A DNA stretch of 64,000 nucleotides from Nitrospirota bacterium (GTDB lineage: Bacteria; Nitrospirota; Thermodesulfovibrionia; Thermodesulfovibrionales; SM23-35). The stretch is taken from positions 133,339 to 197,338 of the forward strand of contig JBMOLW010000033.1 of the NCBI GenBank assembly GCA_049323875.1, given 5' to 3'. Shown here piece after piece: positions 8,815-18,491 of the stretch. Positions within the stretch are counted from its first letter, which is position 1. Every line of letters starts with the position of its first letter. Under the pieces are notes generated by a model, which worked only from the letters and a program-made list of their open reading frames with translations, was not told the DNA's origin and searched no databases. A program made the position numbers and the translations under genes.

Positions 8815-11618
8815 ACAAGGGTTTTGATCCGCACGACGTAGAAAAAAAATGGTATGATTTCTGGATCTCCCGGGGATATTTTACGCCCGATCCGGATAGT
8901 CAGGCTGTTCCCTATTCCCTCGTCATTCCGCCCCCCAATATCACCGGTTCACTCCATATGGGCCATGCCCTGAACAGTGTGCTGCAGGACATCCTTTCCC
9001 GCTGGAAAAGAATGTCCGGATTCCGTGTCCTCTGGCTGCCGGGGACTGATCATGCCGGTATTGCCACACAGAACGTCGTGGAAAAGCAGCTCGCAGCTGA
9101 AGGGCTGGACCGGCATACTCTTGGCCGCGATGCCTTTACGGACCGCATCTGGAAATGGAAATCTGAATCAGGGGGAACCATTATTCACCAGCTCAAGAGG
9201 CTCGGCGCTTCATGTGACTGGTCAAGAGAACGGTTCACCCTCGATGAAGGCCTTTCGAGGGCAGTAAGAGAAGTTTTTGTCAGGCTCTTTGAAGAAGGGC
9301 TTATTTACCGTGACAACCGGCTGATCAATTGGTGTCCGCGGTGTCATACCGCGCTTTCGGATCTTGAAGTTGAGTATGATACCCTGGAAGGCAAACTGAC
9401 CTACATCCAATATCCCCTCGCTGACAGGAGCGGGAAATCCATCCCTGTTGCAACAACAAGACCTGAAACCATGCTGGGCGATACTGCTGTCGCGGTTCAT
9501 CCGGAAGACGAGCGTTACCGGGATTTTATCGGAAAGAAAGTTGCCCTTCCGCTTACCACGAGAAAAATCCCGGTCATTGCCGACCCTGCGGTCGACCCTT
9601 CGTTCGGTACCGGTGCGGTGAAAGTAACCCCGGCCCACGACTTCAATGACGAAGCAATCGCAAAGAGGCAGAAACCGCCTCTGCCTTTTCTCACGGTAAT
9701 CGGAGAGGACGGCCGCATGACCTTCGATGCAGGAGAGAAATATTCAGGCCTTGACCGGTATGAATGCAGGAAACTCGTACGGAATGATCTGAAAGAACGC
9801 AAGCTGATCATCAGGGAAGAACCGCATCAGCATGCAGTCGGTCATTGCTACCGGTGCAAGACTATTACCGAACCCCTTTCTGCTCTCCAATGGTACGTCA
9901 ATGTCCGTGCGATGGCCCGTGAAGCTATCCAGGCTGTGAGAACGGGCAGGATCAGGTTTATACCCCAGTCATGGGAAAATACCTTTTTTGCCTGGATGGA
10001 AGACATACGTGACTGGTGCATATCCCGTCAGATATGGTGGGGCCACCGGATACCCGTCTGGTATTGTCCTGAACAGAAGAATACCGCGTGCAAATCACAC
10101 CAGGGCATCAATGTGTCCCGTGAAGCTCCCGGCCATTGTGTGTATTGTGGTTCGTCCGGTCTGAAACAGGACAACGATGTCCTGGATACCTGGTTCTCAT
10201 CCGCTTTATGGCCCTTTTCCACCTTCGGCTGGCCGGACGATACCGATGATCTCAAAACCTATTATCCTACCAGCGTACTGGTAACCGGGTTTGACATTAT
10301 TTTTTTCTGGGTCGCCCGGATGACCATGATGGGATTGAAGTTTATGAAAGAAGTCCCTTTCCGGGATGTATACATCCATGCGCTGGTAAGGGACATGCAC
10401 GGGATGAAAATGTCGAAGTCAAAAGGCAATGTCGTCGATCCCCTCATCATGATGGACAGGTACGGGACAGATGCATTCCGGTTCACCCTAGCCGCCTTTG
10501 CTGCACAGGGGAGAGACGTTAAATTCTCTGAGGACAGGGTTGAAGGCTATAGACATTTTGTGAACAAGCTCTGGAATGCAGCCCGCTTTATCATGATGAA
10601 CAGAGAGGTGGCCGGAGAAAATAACCTGACAGCCATTGAGAAGACACCGGTCCAGTCAGGTCTGGCGAGCAACTGGATACTGAGCCGCCTTGCCGCAGTG
10701 ACCGAAGAGATCAATACGGCGCTCGGAGAATACCGGTTTAATGACGCTGCGAGCAGCATCTATCAGTTTATCTGGCACGAATTCTGTGACTGGTATATTG
10801 AGATGGCTAAATGTGACCTTCGGGACAACGAGAAGGGGAAAGAGGTTCAATGGTGCCTCCTTGCAACCCTCGACACATCGTTAAAGCTCCTGCATCCTTT
10901 CATGCCTTACGTAACTGAAGAAATCTGGCAGAAGATCCCGCAGGTACAGATTATAAGTCCGGCGGGAGAGAACCGCAAGACGTTGAAGGAGAAAAGCCGG
11001 ACCGTGATGAGATCTGCCGCTTCAGGAACCATGAAGGATCCTGAAAGCAAAAAACCTGAAAGCATCATGGTCTCGGATTATCCCAAATCCCTTCCGAGGA
11101 ATCCGCAGGCAGAAGAAGATATGTTCTATCTGATCGAAGCAGTGACCGGGATCAGAACAATGAGAGGAGAATTGAACATTGCTCCGTCGCTCAAAGTGAA
11201 CGTCTTCATCAAGACATATCACCAGAACGCGGAAAAAATCCTGCGGAATAACCTTCAGTACCTGAAAGCTCTCGCAAGGGCAGAAAAAATCATGATCGGG
11301 CCTGATATTCCAAAGCCTGAAGGCTCTGCCACCTCTGTCAAAACCGCGATGGAAATCTTCGTTCCCCTGAAAGCCGTCTTGAATATCAGCTCAGAACTCG
11401 ATAGACTTAAGAAAGATTTGGCAAAGATCGAGGAATCCCTTGCCATGCTCAACAAGAAACTCATGAACGATGACTTTCTCCAACGGGCTCCCCAAAAGGT
11501 TGTCGAAAAGGAAAAAACAAAATACGAGGAATTGCTGGGCATGCAGGAGAAGATCACTGACAGTATTCATACATTAAAGGAAGCGGAGGTCAAAAGTAAT
11601 GCGGAAAAGAAAAAATGA
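8808..11618 (+). CDS. valS: valine--tRNA ligase (start codon unresolved)
   Basis: The ORF track starts at ATG 8958 (the M of the HMGH motif). Conserved N-terminal sequence [17 protein letters not shown]...[21 protein letters not shown] is in frame from 8814. The frame opens after TGA 8766-8768. KMSKS is present, and there is a C-terminal coiled coil. Confidence 0.9.
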   Translation: [936 protein letters not shown]

Positions 11619-12084
11619 ACTTGAAAAAGGTGATTTCGAGTTTGTCGAAGGCGAATTCATTACCATCCAGCAGAGTACTGTCCGTGCTGTTGAAGGCGGA
11701 CATGTTGAACTCAATCAGGTAGGCGCCTTAAGTATAGACGGTGAACGTGTGGAGGTAACCCAGGGAGCATCCGGTGTCCTGCGGGGGACCGAAGTCAATC
11801 TGAACCAGAGCATAAGCGGGGTCACCGCAGCAGAGAGGGTAACGAGCAATTTTTCCTGTACTCCTCTGATCCTTGCGCGGGAAGAAGCCGCTGCGCATAA
11901 TTCCGCAGTCGGTATCATGGCTGCACGGAAGATCAAGGCTGAAAACACCTCTGCCTTCCTTGTTCTCTCGAACAATATAGAAGGAAATGTGACAACAATC
12001 CTCGACTGGCGCTCAGCATTCGCACTCGGAGCTGTATTAGGAGGTTTATCTGGATTTCTCTCTCTCCTTTTCAGGAGAAAATGA
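11599..12084 (+). CDS. hypothetical protein with a C-terminal membrane anchor
   Basis: 161 aa. Repetitive beta-rich middle region and C-terminal TM segment FALGAVLGGLSGFLSLLF. Overlaps the valS stop by 20 nt. Confidence 0.45.
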   Translation: MRKRKNELEKGDFEFVEGEFITIQQSTVRAVEGGHVELNQVGALSIDGERVEVTQGASGVLRGTEVNLNQSISGVTAAERVTSNFSCTPLILAREEAAAHNSAVGIMAARKIKAENTSAFLVLSNNIEGNVTTILDWRSAFALGAVLGGLSGFLSLLFRRK

Positions 12085-12085
12085 G

Positions 12086-12922
12086 ATGGAAATCCCTCCG
12101 GGTGTTCGTGAGTTCCTGCGCCGTGCACTCGAGGAGGATATCGGTCCGGGCGATATAACCACTGCTCTCCTTGTACCTCCCGACCACAGGTCCAGGGCGC
12201 ATTTTCTCGCAAAATCGGATTGTATCCTTGCCGGAATTCCCTTTGTAGAAGAAGTCTTCAGCCTGCTCGACCCTTCGTTGCGCCTCAGGAGTTTTTTCAG
12301 CGAGGGAGAAACCATTACAAAAGGGCACGTCATTGCGGAAGTCTCCGGGAAGACCTCGGGCATACTCGCGGGAGAAAGAGTCAGCCTGAACCTTCTCCAG
12401 AGAATTTCCGGCATAGCGACACTGACCCGTCGCTATACAGAACAGATACAGGGATACAACGCCCGGATAGTAGACACCCGCAAGACAACACCGTGTCTCC
12501 GCTTCATGGAAAAATATGCAGTAAGGACTGGCGGCGGAAGCAACCACCGGTTCGGCCTCTTTGACGGCATACTCATAAAAGACAATCATATCCGTGCCGC
12601 CGGCAGTATCCGTCAGGCACTAGCTCGCGCAAAAAAAGAGCATCATCTCACGAAGATTGAGATAGAAATCAGCACTTCTGAGGACCTCCTTGAAGCGATT
12701 GAAGCGGGAGCGGATATTGTCATGCTTGACAATATGTCAGTCGACGAAATAAAAGCCTCGGTAACCGCTGCCCATGGCAGGGTTCCCCTTGAAGCCTCGG
12801 GAGGGGTAACCTTAGAGAATGTGCGTTCAATCGCCCAGACCGGTGTGGATTTTATCTCGGTCGGCGCGTTGACTCATTCGGCGCAGGCGGTTGACATATC
12901 CATGGAACTCGTATCCGGGTAA
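12086..12922 (+). CDS. nadC: nicotinate-nucleotide pyrophosphorylase (carboxylating)
   Basis: 278 aa. ALEEDIGPGDITT N-terminus and a typical QPRTase TIM-barrel C-terminal half. Confidence 0.9.
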   Translation: MEIPPGVREFLRRALEEDIGPGDITTALLVPPDHRSRAHFLAKSDCILAGIPFVEEVFSLLDPSLRLRSFFSEGETITKGHVIAEVSGKTSGILAGERVSLNLLQRISGIATLTRRYTEQIQGYNARIVDTRKTTPCLRFMEKYAVRTGGGSNHRFGLFDGILIKDNHIRAAGSIRQALARAKKEHHLTKIEIEISTSEDLLEAIEAGADIVMLDNMSVDEIKASVTAAHGRVPLEASGGVTLENVRSIAQTGVDFISVGALTHSAQAVDISMELVSG

Positions 12923-13031
12923 GAGAGGCATGGGCGCAGCTTGGAACCTTCTTTCTTTTTTTTCTGCGGGCGGCACTCCTTGAAAAGACAAAATAAGGTT
13001 TGATATAGTGATATTGACGAAGGAGGCTGCG

Positions 13032-13214
13032 ATGAACATAAAACAGATCAGGGAGATAGCCAAAACAAAAGGCGTTAAGACCGGAAATATGAAAAAAGAA
13101 ACCATGATCAGAGCAATACAGCGGGCTGAAGGAAATTATGAATGCTTTGGCACTGCGGTGTCCGGCGAGTGCGACCAGACAAACTGCCTCTGGAGAACAG
13201 ACTGCCTGAAATAA
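13032..13214 (+). CDS. small SAP/Rho-N-like protein with a Cys-rich tail
   Basis: I prefer ATG 13032, preceded by AAGGAGG. MNIKQIREIAKTKGVKTGNMKKETMIRAIQ resembles the Rho N-terminal/SAP helix-hairpin. The tail has 4 Cys (CFGTAVSGECDQTNCLWRTDC). Confidence 0.5.
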   Translation: MNIKQIREIAKTKGVKTGNMKKETMIRAIQRAEGNYECFGTAVSGECDQTNCLWRTDCLK

Positions 13215-13226
13215 TACCATCCAACT

Positions 13227-14498
13227 TCAAAAGAGCATGGTTTGTCCTTTGCTCACCTGACGGGTGACAGCCTCAAATATCTTTATCTTCCCGTACTCTC
13301 CGTCGAATCCCGGACTGATAGAAATATCCCCTCTGCGCATTCTCCGGATTGCTTCGCCAAGAACAGGCGATCCTTCGCGTCCGAGGACATCCTGAGGAAT
13401 ATCCATAAGGATTGCGAACTCGTTACCGAGCTTCCGGAGTAGTCTTTCATATTCATTCTGCACTGTCTTCGTATTGACACCCTTTTTCAGGGTCTCGGCA
13501 AGAAGTTCCTGAAGGGGGATGACGGAGCGGAAAGGCGGCGCTCCCTCCGGCTGATACCCTGCTTCACGGTCTGCAAGTTTTTCGACCCTGTGGAGTACTC
13601 CGACTGTCACTCTTTTCCCGCATATGGGACAGCGATGCTTGTTCCGTATCGTTTCCCGTGGAGAAAAGATTATACCGCAGGCCCTGTGCCCGTCAAAATG
13701 ATACTTGCCCTCTTCAGGGAAAAATTCAATCGTGCCGAGGAACCCTTTCCTTGTCCGGATTGAATCGAGAATTTCCCCATACGACAATCCCGCGTCAAAG
13801 ATATTTGCTTCCCTGCCGAGCTTGGCCGGTGAATGGGCATCGGAATTCGAGAGAAGGGTCACCCTGTCCAGCGCAGATATCCTCCAGTTCATGGACGGGT
13901 CTGAGGACAACCCTGTTTCTATGGCACAGATATGGGGGGTAAGCTCTTCGAAACATTCCTCAAGGGTATCAAACCCGGAGCTTGCACCAAAAACCGAGAA
14001 ATGAGGAGTCCATGCATGTGCCGGGACAAGCATAATATCCGGACCGATATCGAGAACGATCTCGAGAAGATTTTTTGCATCCAGGCCAAGGATCGGCCTC
14101 CCGTCTGATGAGAGGTTCCCGATACGCGACAACGCAGCATTCACTTTTGCCGCTGCAGAGAAATCAGGGGCAAGAAGAAGACTGTGTATCTTCCTCACCC
14201 TGCCGTTTTTTGAATAAATGCAGCTGATCTCCGCAGTCAGGAGGAAAAATACCTGCGCCCTGCATAAGGGAGGGACGTCTCCTGTTCTGAATTCCTTCCG
14301 CAACCGGAACAGGCTGTTCTCAGCAATTTCCAGTTTTTGCTGTAATTCCCGGAGCCATTCCGGATGGGTAAAATCGCCGGTACCGACAACCGAAATCCCC
14401 TTCAGCTGTGCCCATTTCCCGATACTCTCCGGAGTCATATCCCTGCTCGTTGCCCGTGAATATTTCGAATGGATGTGAAGGTCAGCAATAAAACGCAT
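13227..14498 (-). CDS. PHP-domain endonuclease Q (EndoQ)-like protein
   Basis: 423 aa. N-terminus FIADLHIHSKYSRATSRDM...GTGDFTHPEW is a PHP metal-binding signature, and there is an internal zinc finger HRCPICGKRV. Confidence 0.65.
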   Translation of the reverse strand: MRFIADLHIHSKYSRATSRDMTPESIGKWAQLKGISVVGTGDFTHPEWLRELQQKLEIAENSLFRLRKEFRTGDVPPLCRAQVFFLLTAEISCIYSKNGRVRKIHSLLLAPDFSAAAKVNAALSRIGNLSSDGRPILGLDAKNLLEIVLDIGPDIMLVPAHAWTPHFSVFGASSGFDTLEECFEELTPHICAIETGLSSDPSMNWRISALDRVTLLSNSDAHSPAKLGREANIFDAGLSYGEILDSIRTRKGFLGTIEFFPEEGKYHFDGHRACGIIFSPRETIRNKHRCPICGKRVTVGVLHRVEKLADREAGYQPEGAPPFRSVIPLQELLAETLKKGVNTKTVQNEYERLLRKLGNEFAILMDIPQDVLGREGSPVLGEAIRRMRRGDISISPGFDGEYGKIKIFEAVTRQVSKGQTMLF

Positions 14499-14527
14499 AC
14501 CAGTACCTCATGGAATCATACTGTTTA

Positions 14528-14679
14528 GGCAGGACAGGAAAGGAGAAAAAGCTTTCCTTGAGCCACCTCTGTACAACCGGAGGGGTCCGGAATTTCGCTG
14601 AAATTATCTGGGTGAACAAAGAGAGACACAACCAGCCAAATTGCGATTGGGAAAGGTTTTTCTCCTTTCCTGTCCTGCC
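14528..14679. repeat. 152-bp element bounded by perfect 23-bp inverted repeats (MITE-like or structured RNA)
   Basis: GGCAGGACAGGAAAGGAGAAAAA (14528-14550) is the exact reverse complement of 14657-14679. The arms extend to 29/30 bp. The spacer is 106 bp. The element is intergenic, between the DedA gene and the EndoQ-like gene. Confidence 0.7.
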
Positions 14680-14689
14680 GTTCCTGCTG

Positions 14690-15319
14690 CTAATTTCTCT
14701 GGGCTTCCCGTGCACTTCTTTTTTTGTGCCAGAAAATATATACTGCGATCAATCCTGCGCATGCCAGGATAATATATACACTCCATTGCCTGCTTATCTC
14801 CAAAACCTGTTCCTTGTTGTCACCTACAAAAAACCCGATATATGCAAGGACCCATACCCAGATCGACGCCCCGAAGGCCGTATAGAAACTGAACTTGGCG
14901 AGGTTCATTCGCCAGAGCCCTGCAGGGAATGAGATATAATGCCGTACCCCCAGGATAAGCCTGCCGATGAAGGTGCTGATATTCCCGTGTTTCAGAAAAA
15001 ATGCCTCTCCTTTCAGGAAATGCTTCTCGCTCACGCCGAAATACTTGCCGTACCTGAGGATAAAGGGCCTTCCGAGATAGACCGCAATCCCGTAATTGAA
15101 CAGTGCGCCGAGCACGCTTCCCAGGGTTCCGGATATGATTACCCCTGCCCAGCTCATCTGCTGCCGGAAAATCAGATATCCTGCAGGGGGGATCACCAGT
15201 TCAGAAGGCAGGGGGATGAAGGTACTCTCGATGAACATGAGGAGGATAATGCCCGGATATCCCATCGAGCCGATGGTCTCGACGAGCCAACTGAAAAATG
15301 TATGCATATATTCATGCAT
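14690..15319 (-). CDS. DedA family inner-membrane protein
   Basis: MHEYMHTFFSWLVETIGSMGYPGIILLMFIESTFIPLPSELVIPPAGYL is DedA-like. I trimmed the track ORF (to 15397) because its 5' end overlaps the tRNA. Confidence 0.8.
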   Translation of the reverse strand: MHEYMHTFFSWLVETIGSMGYPGIILLMFIESTFIPLPSELVIPPAGYLIFRQQMSWAGVIISGTLGSVLGALFNYGIAVYLGRPFILRYGKYFGVSEKHFLKGEAFFLKHGNISTFIGRLILGVRHYISFPAGLWRMNLAKFSFYTAFGASIWVWVLAYIGFFVGDNKEQVLEISRQWSVYIILACAGLIAVYIFWHKKRSAREAQRN

Positions 15320-15359
15320 GGAATCACCTGTAACCCAAAACACAGAGTAAGCAGAGTAA

Positions 15360-15436
15360 TGGTCGGGGCGACCCGATTTGAACGGGCGACCACTCACACC
15401 CCAAGCGAGTGCGCTACCAGGCTGCGCTACGCCCCG
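15360..15436 (-). tRNA. tRNA-Pro (anticodon GGG), CCA encoded
   Basis: Folded by hand on the minus strand: CGGGGCG-TA-GCGC-AGCCTGGTA-GCGC-A-CTCGC-TTGGGGT-GTGAG-TGGTC-GCCCG-TTCAAAT-CGGGT-CGCCCCG-ACCA. Length 77 nt. Confidence 0.9.
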
Positions 15437-15449
15437 ATTGTTTCAGATA

Positions 15450-15842
15450 CTACTGGAGCAGACCCAGGATTTCCCTGAGCCTCTTCTTGACATGCTCTAT
15501 TCCCCGGGCAGGTTGGCGTACTTCTTTTGTCGCTGCTTCCTGTTCTGGTACTGGTTCAGCGACCACTGACGAAAGACCAAGTCTTTTTCTGACGCCCTCG
15601 ATAGTATATCTCTCCTGATAGAGGAGCTTCTTAATAGTGAGCAGAAGCTCTACATCCTTTTTTATATATACTCTCTGTCCTGATTTGTTTTTTCGGGGCT
15701 TCAGAAATGAAAATTCAGTCTCCCAGTACCTGAGGACATAGGGTTCGACGCCCACAATCTTACTCACTTCCCCAATCTTGTAAAAGAGCTTGTCAGGAAA
15801 AGTAATTTGTGACTTGATACTTTCAGGGCTGGACTTATACAT
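15450..15842 (-). CDS. MerR family transcriptional regulator
   Basis: 130 aa. [25 protein letters not shown]...GQRVY is a MerR-type HTH. Overlaps the ihfA stop by 8 nt. Confidence 0.8.
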   Translation of the reverse strand: MYKSSPESIKSQITFPDKLFYKIGEVSKIVGVEPYVLRYWETEFSFLKPRKNKSGQRVYIKKDVELLLTIKKLLYQERYTIEGVRKRLGLSSVVAEPVPEQEAATKEVRQPARGIEHVKKRLREILGLLQ

Positions 15843-16119
15843 TCTGCTTTTCCATTACAGATTTCAGCTGATTGCTGGCCCTGAACGTGATGACCCGTCT
15901 CGGAGTAATCTCAAGGTCTTCACCTGTTTTCGGGTTCCGGCCTCTCCGGGCAGTCTTCTGCCTCACATTGAAAGTGCCAAAGCCTGAAATTTTTACCGAC
16001 TCGCCTTCTATAAAGGTCTGCTTCATAATATCAAAGAGGATCTCGATAATCTCCTGGGCTTCCTTTTTCGATAAACCGATCTTTTCGAATATTCTCTCTA
16101 CCAAATCTGCCTTTGTCAT
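15835..16119 (-). CDS. ihfA: integration host factor alpha / HU family DNA-bending protein
   Basis: 94 aa. [26 protein letters not shown]...[22 protein letters not shown]. Confidence 0.8.
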   Translation of the reverse strand: MTKADLVERIFEKIGLSKKEAQEIIEILFDIMKQTFIEGESVKISGFGTFNVRQKTARRGRNPKTGEDLEITPRRVITFRASNQLKSVMEKQNV

Positions 16120-16163
16120 TTCGCTACCTCAATTTTTGTTAATTATATTAAGGACATAGACAC

Positions 16164-16191
16164 TTGTCAAGAAGAATTAGGTGCATATAGT
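16164..16191 (+). promoter_or_regulatory. candidate sigma70-type promoter for acpS
   Basis: TTGTCA (16164-16169), a 16-nt spacer, then TATAGT (16186-16191). Confidence 0.3.
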
Positions 16192-16293
16192 ATAGCAAAT
16201 CTATCTATAATGTCAAAAAAATTCTTGCCTTTGCCGCGCACGAGAGAATATGATGTATCAAATGAGATAATTTTACCAACCTTCCGATTTATC

Positions 16294-16671
16294 ATGATTT
16301 ATGGAATTGGCATTGATATGGTGCGGGTTCGCCGGATTCAGGGAGCCGTTGAGAAATGGGGTGAAAGGTTCCTGCAGAGGATATTTACCGGTGACGAAAT
16401 AGCCTATTGCTACGCAAGAAAAAACCCTTATCTCCCGCTCTCAGCCCGGTTCGCGGCAAAAGAAGCATTCATCAAGGCAGCCGGCTCCCGGATTGGAGTC
16501 ACATTCAGCGACATCGAAGTGACGAACAATGATGCCGGGCAGCCTTTTCTCCGGCTCAAAGGAACACTTCAGGAGTTTTTGAGAAAAAACTCTATCGCGA
16601 AGGTGCATCTCAGCCTCAGCCATGAGCAGGAATATGCGGTGGCGTGTGTAGTGCTCGAACGGCATTCATAA
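16294..16671 (+). CDS. acpS: holo-[acyl-carrier-protein] synthase
   Basis: Start moved to the internal ATG giving MIYGIGIDMVRVRRI..., the canonical AcpS N-terminus. About 125 aa. Confidence 0.85.
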   Translation: MIYGIGIDMVRVRRIQGAVEKWGERFLQRIFTGDEIAYCYARKNPYLPLSARFAAKEAFIKAAGSRIGVTFSDIEVTNNDAGQPFLRLKGTLQEFLRKNSIAKVHLSLSHEQEYAVACVVLERHS

Positions 16672-16743
16672 ACTGCCTTGTCATCAGTGGGTATTTTTGG
16701 ATTTGCGCATAAACCATGCCGGAGGTTGACACCTTCTGTTTCA

Positions 16744-17589
16744 TCATGGATTTTCCCGGGGAGAGGACGATTCTTGCGGTCTTTCAGGTGATTCCCGTAA
16801 GGGGACGGCTTCTTTGTCCTGTTCCGTTCCGGGCTGAGCATCAGGGCGTGCACTGCTCCCTTCAAACATTTCATCATATTCAGGAACTACGATACCCCTT
16901 CTTACCATAATGTTATAAATAAGATTCGATCTGTGCGCAACATACCTGCTGTCGCCCAGCGGATTATATTTCCTCGGATTAGGGAGGACCGATGCAAGCC
17001 GCGCTGCCTCTTCAGGACTCAGTTCTGAAGCAGGTTTTCCATAGTAATGCCGTGAAGCAGCTTCGATGCCGAAAATCCCCCGGTCTCCCCATTCTGCTAT
17101 ATTCAGATAAATTTCCAGAATGCGTTTTTTGGTGAGGGCCGATTCGATTCTCCAGGTGAGTATAGCCTCGCGAAGCTTCCTAACCGGGTTTTTTGAGGGG
17201 GAGAGGAAAAGATTTTTCGCAAGCTGCTGGCTGATGGTGCTCCCTCCCAGTTTGAACTTCTTTGCCTTGATATCTTTTTCGATAGCCTTCTGTATCGCGT
17301 CATAGTCGAATCCCTCATGACTCCAGAACTTATCGTCTTCAGCAATGAGCACGGCCTTTATGAGATAAGGAGAAACCCTGGAGAGAGGCACCCATTTCTG
17401 CTGAATCCGGTATTGCTTCCCCTCCCGTTGCCACTCTTTCTCCCGGTATTCCATAAACGCAGTCTTCCCGGGGTCCTCATCCTTCAGCGAGGATACACTG
17501 GGGAAAAAAAGCGAGTACAGAAAGGGGGAGACGAGGAGACAAACAACAAGGAATATAATTTTTTGTTTTCTGGATTTTCTCTTTGACAT
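16744..17589 (-). CDS. mtgA: monofunctional peptidoglycan glycosyltransferase with a disordered C-terminal tail
   Basis: N-terminal TM segment. The GT51 motifs AVLIAEDDKFWSHEGFD and GGSTISQQLAKN are present. Confidence 0.85.
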   Translation of the reverse strand: MSKRKSRKQKIIFLVVCLLVSPFLYSLFFPSVSSLKDEDPGKTAFMEYREKEWQREGKQYRIQQKWVPLSRVSPYLIKAVLIAEDDKFWSHEGFDYDAIQKAIEKDIKAKKFKLGGSTISQQLAKNLFLSPSKNPVRKLREAILTWRIESALTKKRILEIYLNIAEWGDRGIFGIEAASRHYYGKPASELSPEEAARLASVLPNPRKYNPLGDSRYVAHRSNLIYNIMVRRGIVVPEYDEMFEGSSARPDAQPGTEQDKEAVPLRESPERPQESSSPRENP

Positions 17590-17602
17590 TCCGGCACAAA
17601 AA

Positions 17603-18481
17603 CTACGCGTGTATCTCTGTCCCGATCCCCTCTTTGGTGAAAATCTCGAGCAGGAGACAGTGAGGAACCCGGCCGTCTATGATATGTGTCTTTACAACAC
17701 CTCCCTGAACCGCCATGAGACAGGCCTGCACCTTCGGAACCATCCCTCCTGACACTGTTCCGTCAGAGACCATTTTCCCGATTTTTTTCTGTGTAGCAGT
17801 CGAGACGACGGATTTCTTGTTGTTCATTATCCCGGGAACATCGGTAAGAAGGATGAATTTTTCAGCATGCAGGGCAGCGGCTATGGCTGCCGCAACATAA
17901 TCCGCATTGATGTTCAGGGTTTCCCCGTTCGGTCCGACGCCTATGGGTGAGATGACCGGGATGAATCCCTCGTGCACAAGGGTATTGAGAATCTGGGGAT
18001 TGACGCTTGTTACTTCGCCCACAAGGCCGAGATCGACAATCTCCTCCGCAGCAATACCCGCAGGGTTCCTGAGCAGTTTCTTTTTCGCCTTGATCAGACC
18101 TCCGTCTTTTCCGCTCAACCCCGCAGCTCTTCCCCCGTGGCTATTGATCAGCGAGACGATCTCTTTGTTGACGAGGCCTCCCAGAACCATCTCCACGATA
18201 TCCATCGTCTCCTCGTCGGTAACCCTCTGACCCTGAACAAAAGACGGCTGTTTGCCCATTTTTTCCATCATTGCTGAAATCTTCGGACCGCCGCCGTGTA
18301 CGATTACCGTCTTGATGCCGATGAAGTTGAGCATTACGATGTCCCTGGCAAAAGACGCTTTGAGTTCTGTCTTCACCTGGGCTGCACCGCCGTATTTGAT
18401 TACAAAGGTCTTGCCGTAGAAATTTCTGATATAGGGAAGCGCTTCAAGCAGGATTTCTGCTTTTGAAATAATATCGTACAT
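17603..18481 (-). CDS. argB: acetylglutamate kinase
   Basis: Start trimmed to MYDIISKAEILLEALPYIRNFYGKTFVIKYGGAA. The upstream extension in the track ORF overlaps the preceding gene. Confidence 0.9.
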   Translation of the reverse strand: MYDIISKAEILLEALPYIRNFYGKTFVIKYGGAAQVKTELKASFARDIVMLNFIGIKTVIVHGGGPKISAMMEKMGKQPSFVQGQRVTDEETMDIVEMVLGGLVNKEIVSLINSHGGRAAGLSGKDGGLIKAKKKLLRNPAGIAAEEIVDLGLVGEVTSVNPQILNTLVHEGFIPVISPIGVGPNGETLNINADYVAAAIAAALHAEKFILLTDVPGIMNNKKSVVSTATQKKIGKMVSDGTVSGGMVPKVQACLMAVQGGVVKTHIIDGRVPHCLLLEIFTKEGIGTEIHA

Positions 18482-18491
18482 CCCGGAACTC

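Noticed and set aside
14510-14932. 140-aa plus-strand ORF spanning the inverted-repeat element and running into the DedA gene
   Set aside because: It reads through the 23-bp inverted repeats and then antisense to the DedA gene. It has no motifs.
14690-15397. Long form of the DedA ORF, and similar 5' extensions of argB (to 18625), tsaE (to 27176), acpS (from 16210), the SDR gene (from 34463) and the SurA-like gene (to 24947)
   Set aside because: The extensions overlap a tRNA or the preceding gene and add non-conserved, R/S-rich residues. Internal Met codons give the canonical family N-termini.
15360-15436. tRNA-Pro as an integration hotspot flanked by a genomic island
   Set aside because: There is no integrase, no direct repeat of the tRNA 3' end and no mobile-element gene on either side. 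The neighbouring genes are ordinary (DedA, MerR/IHF).
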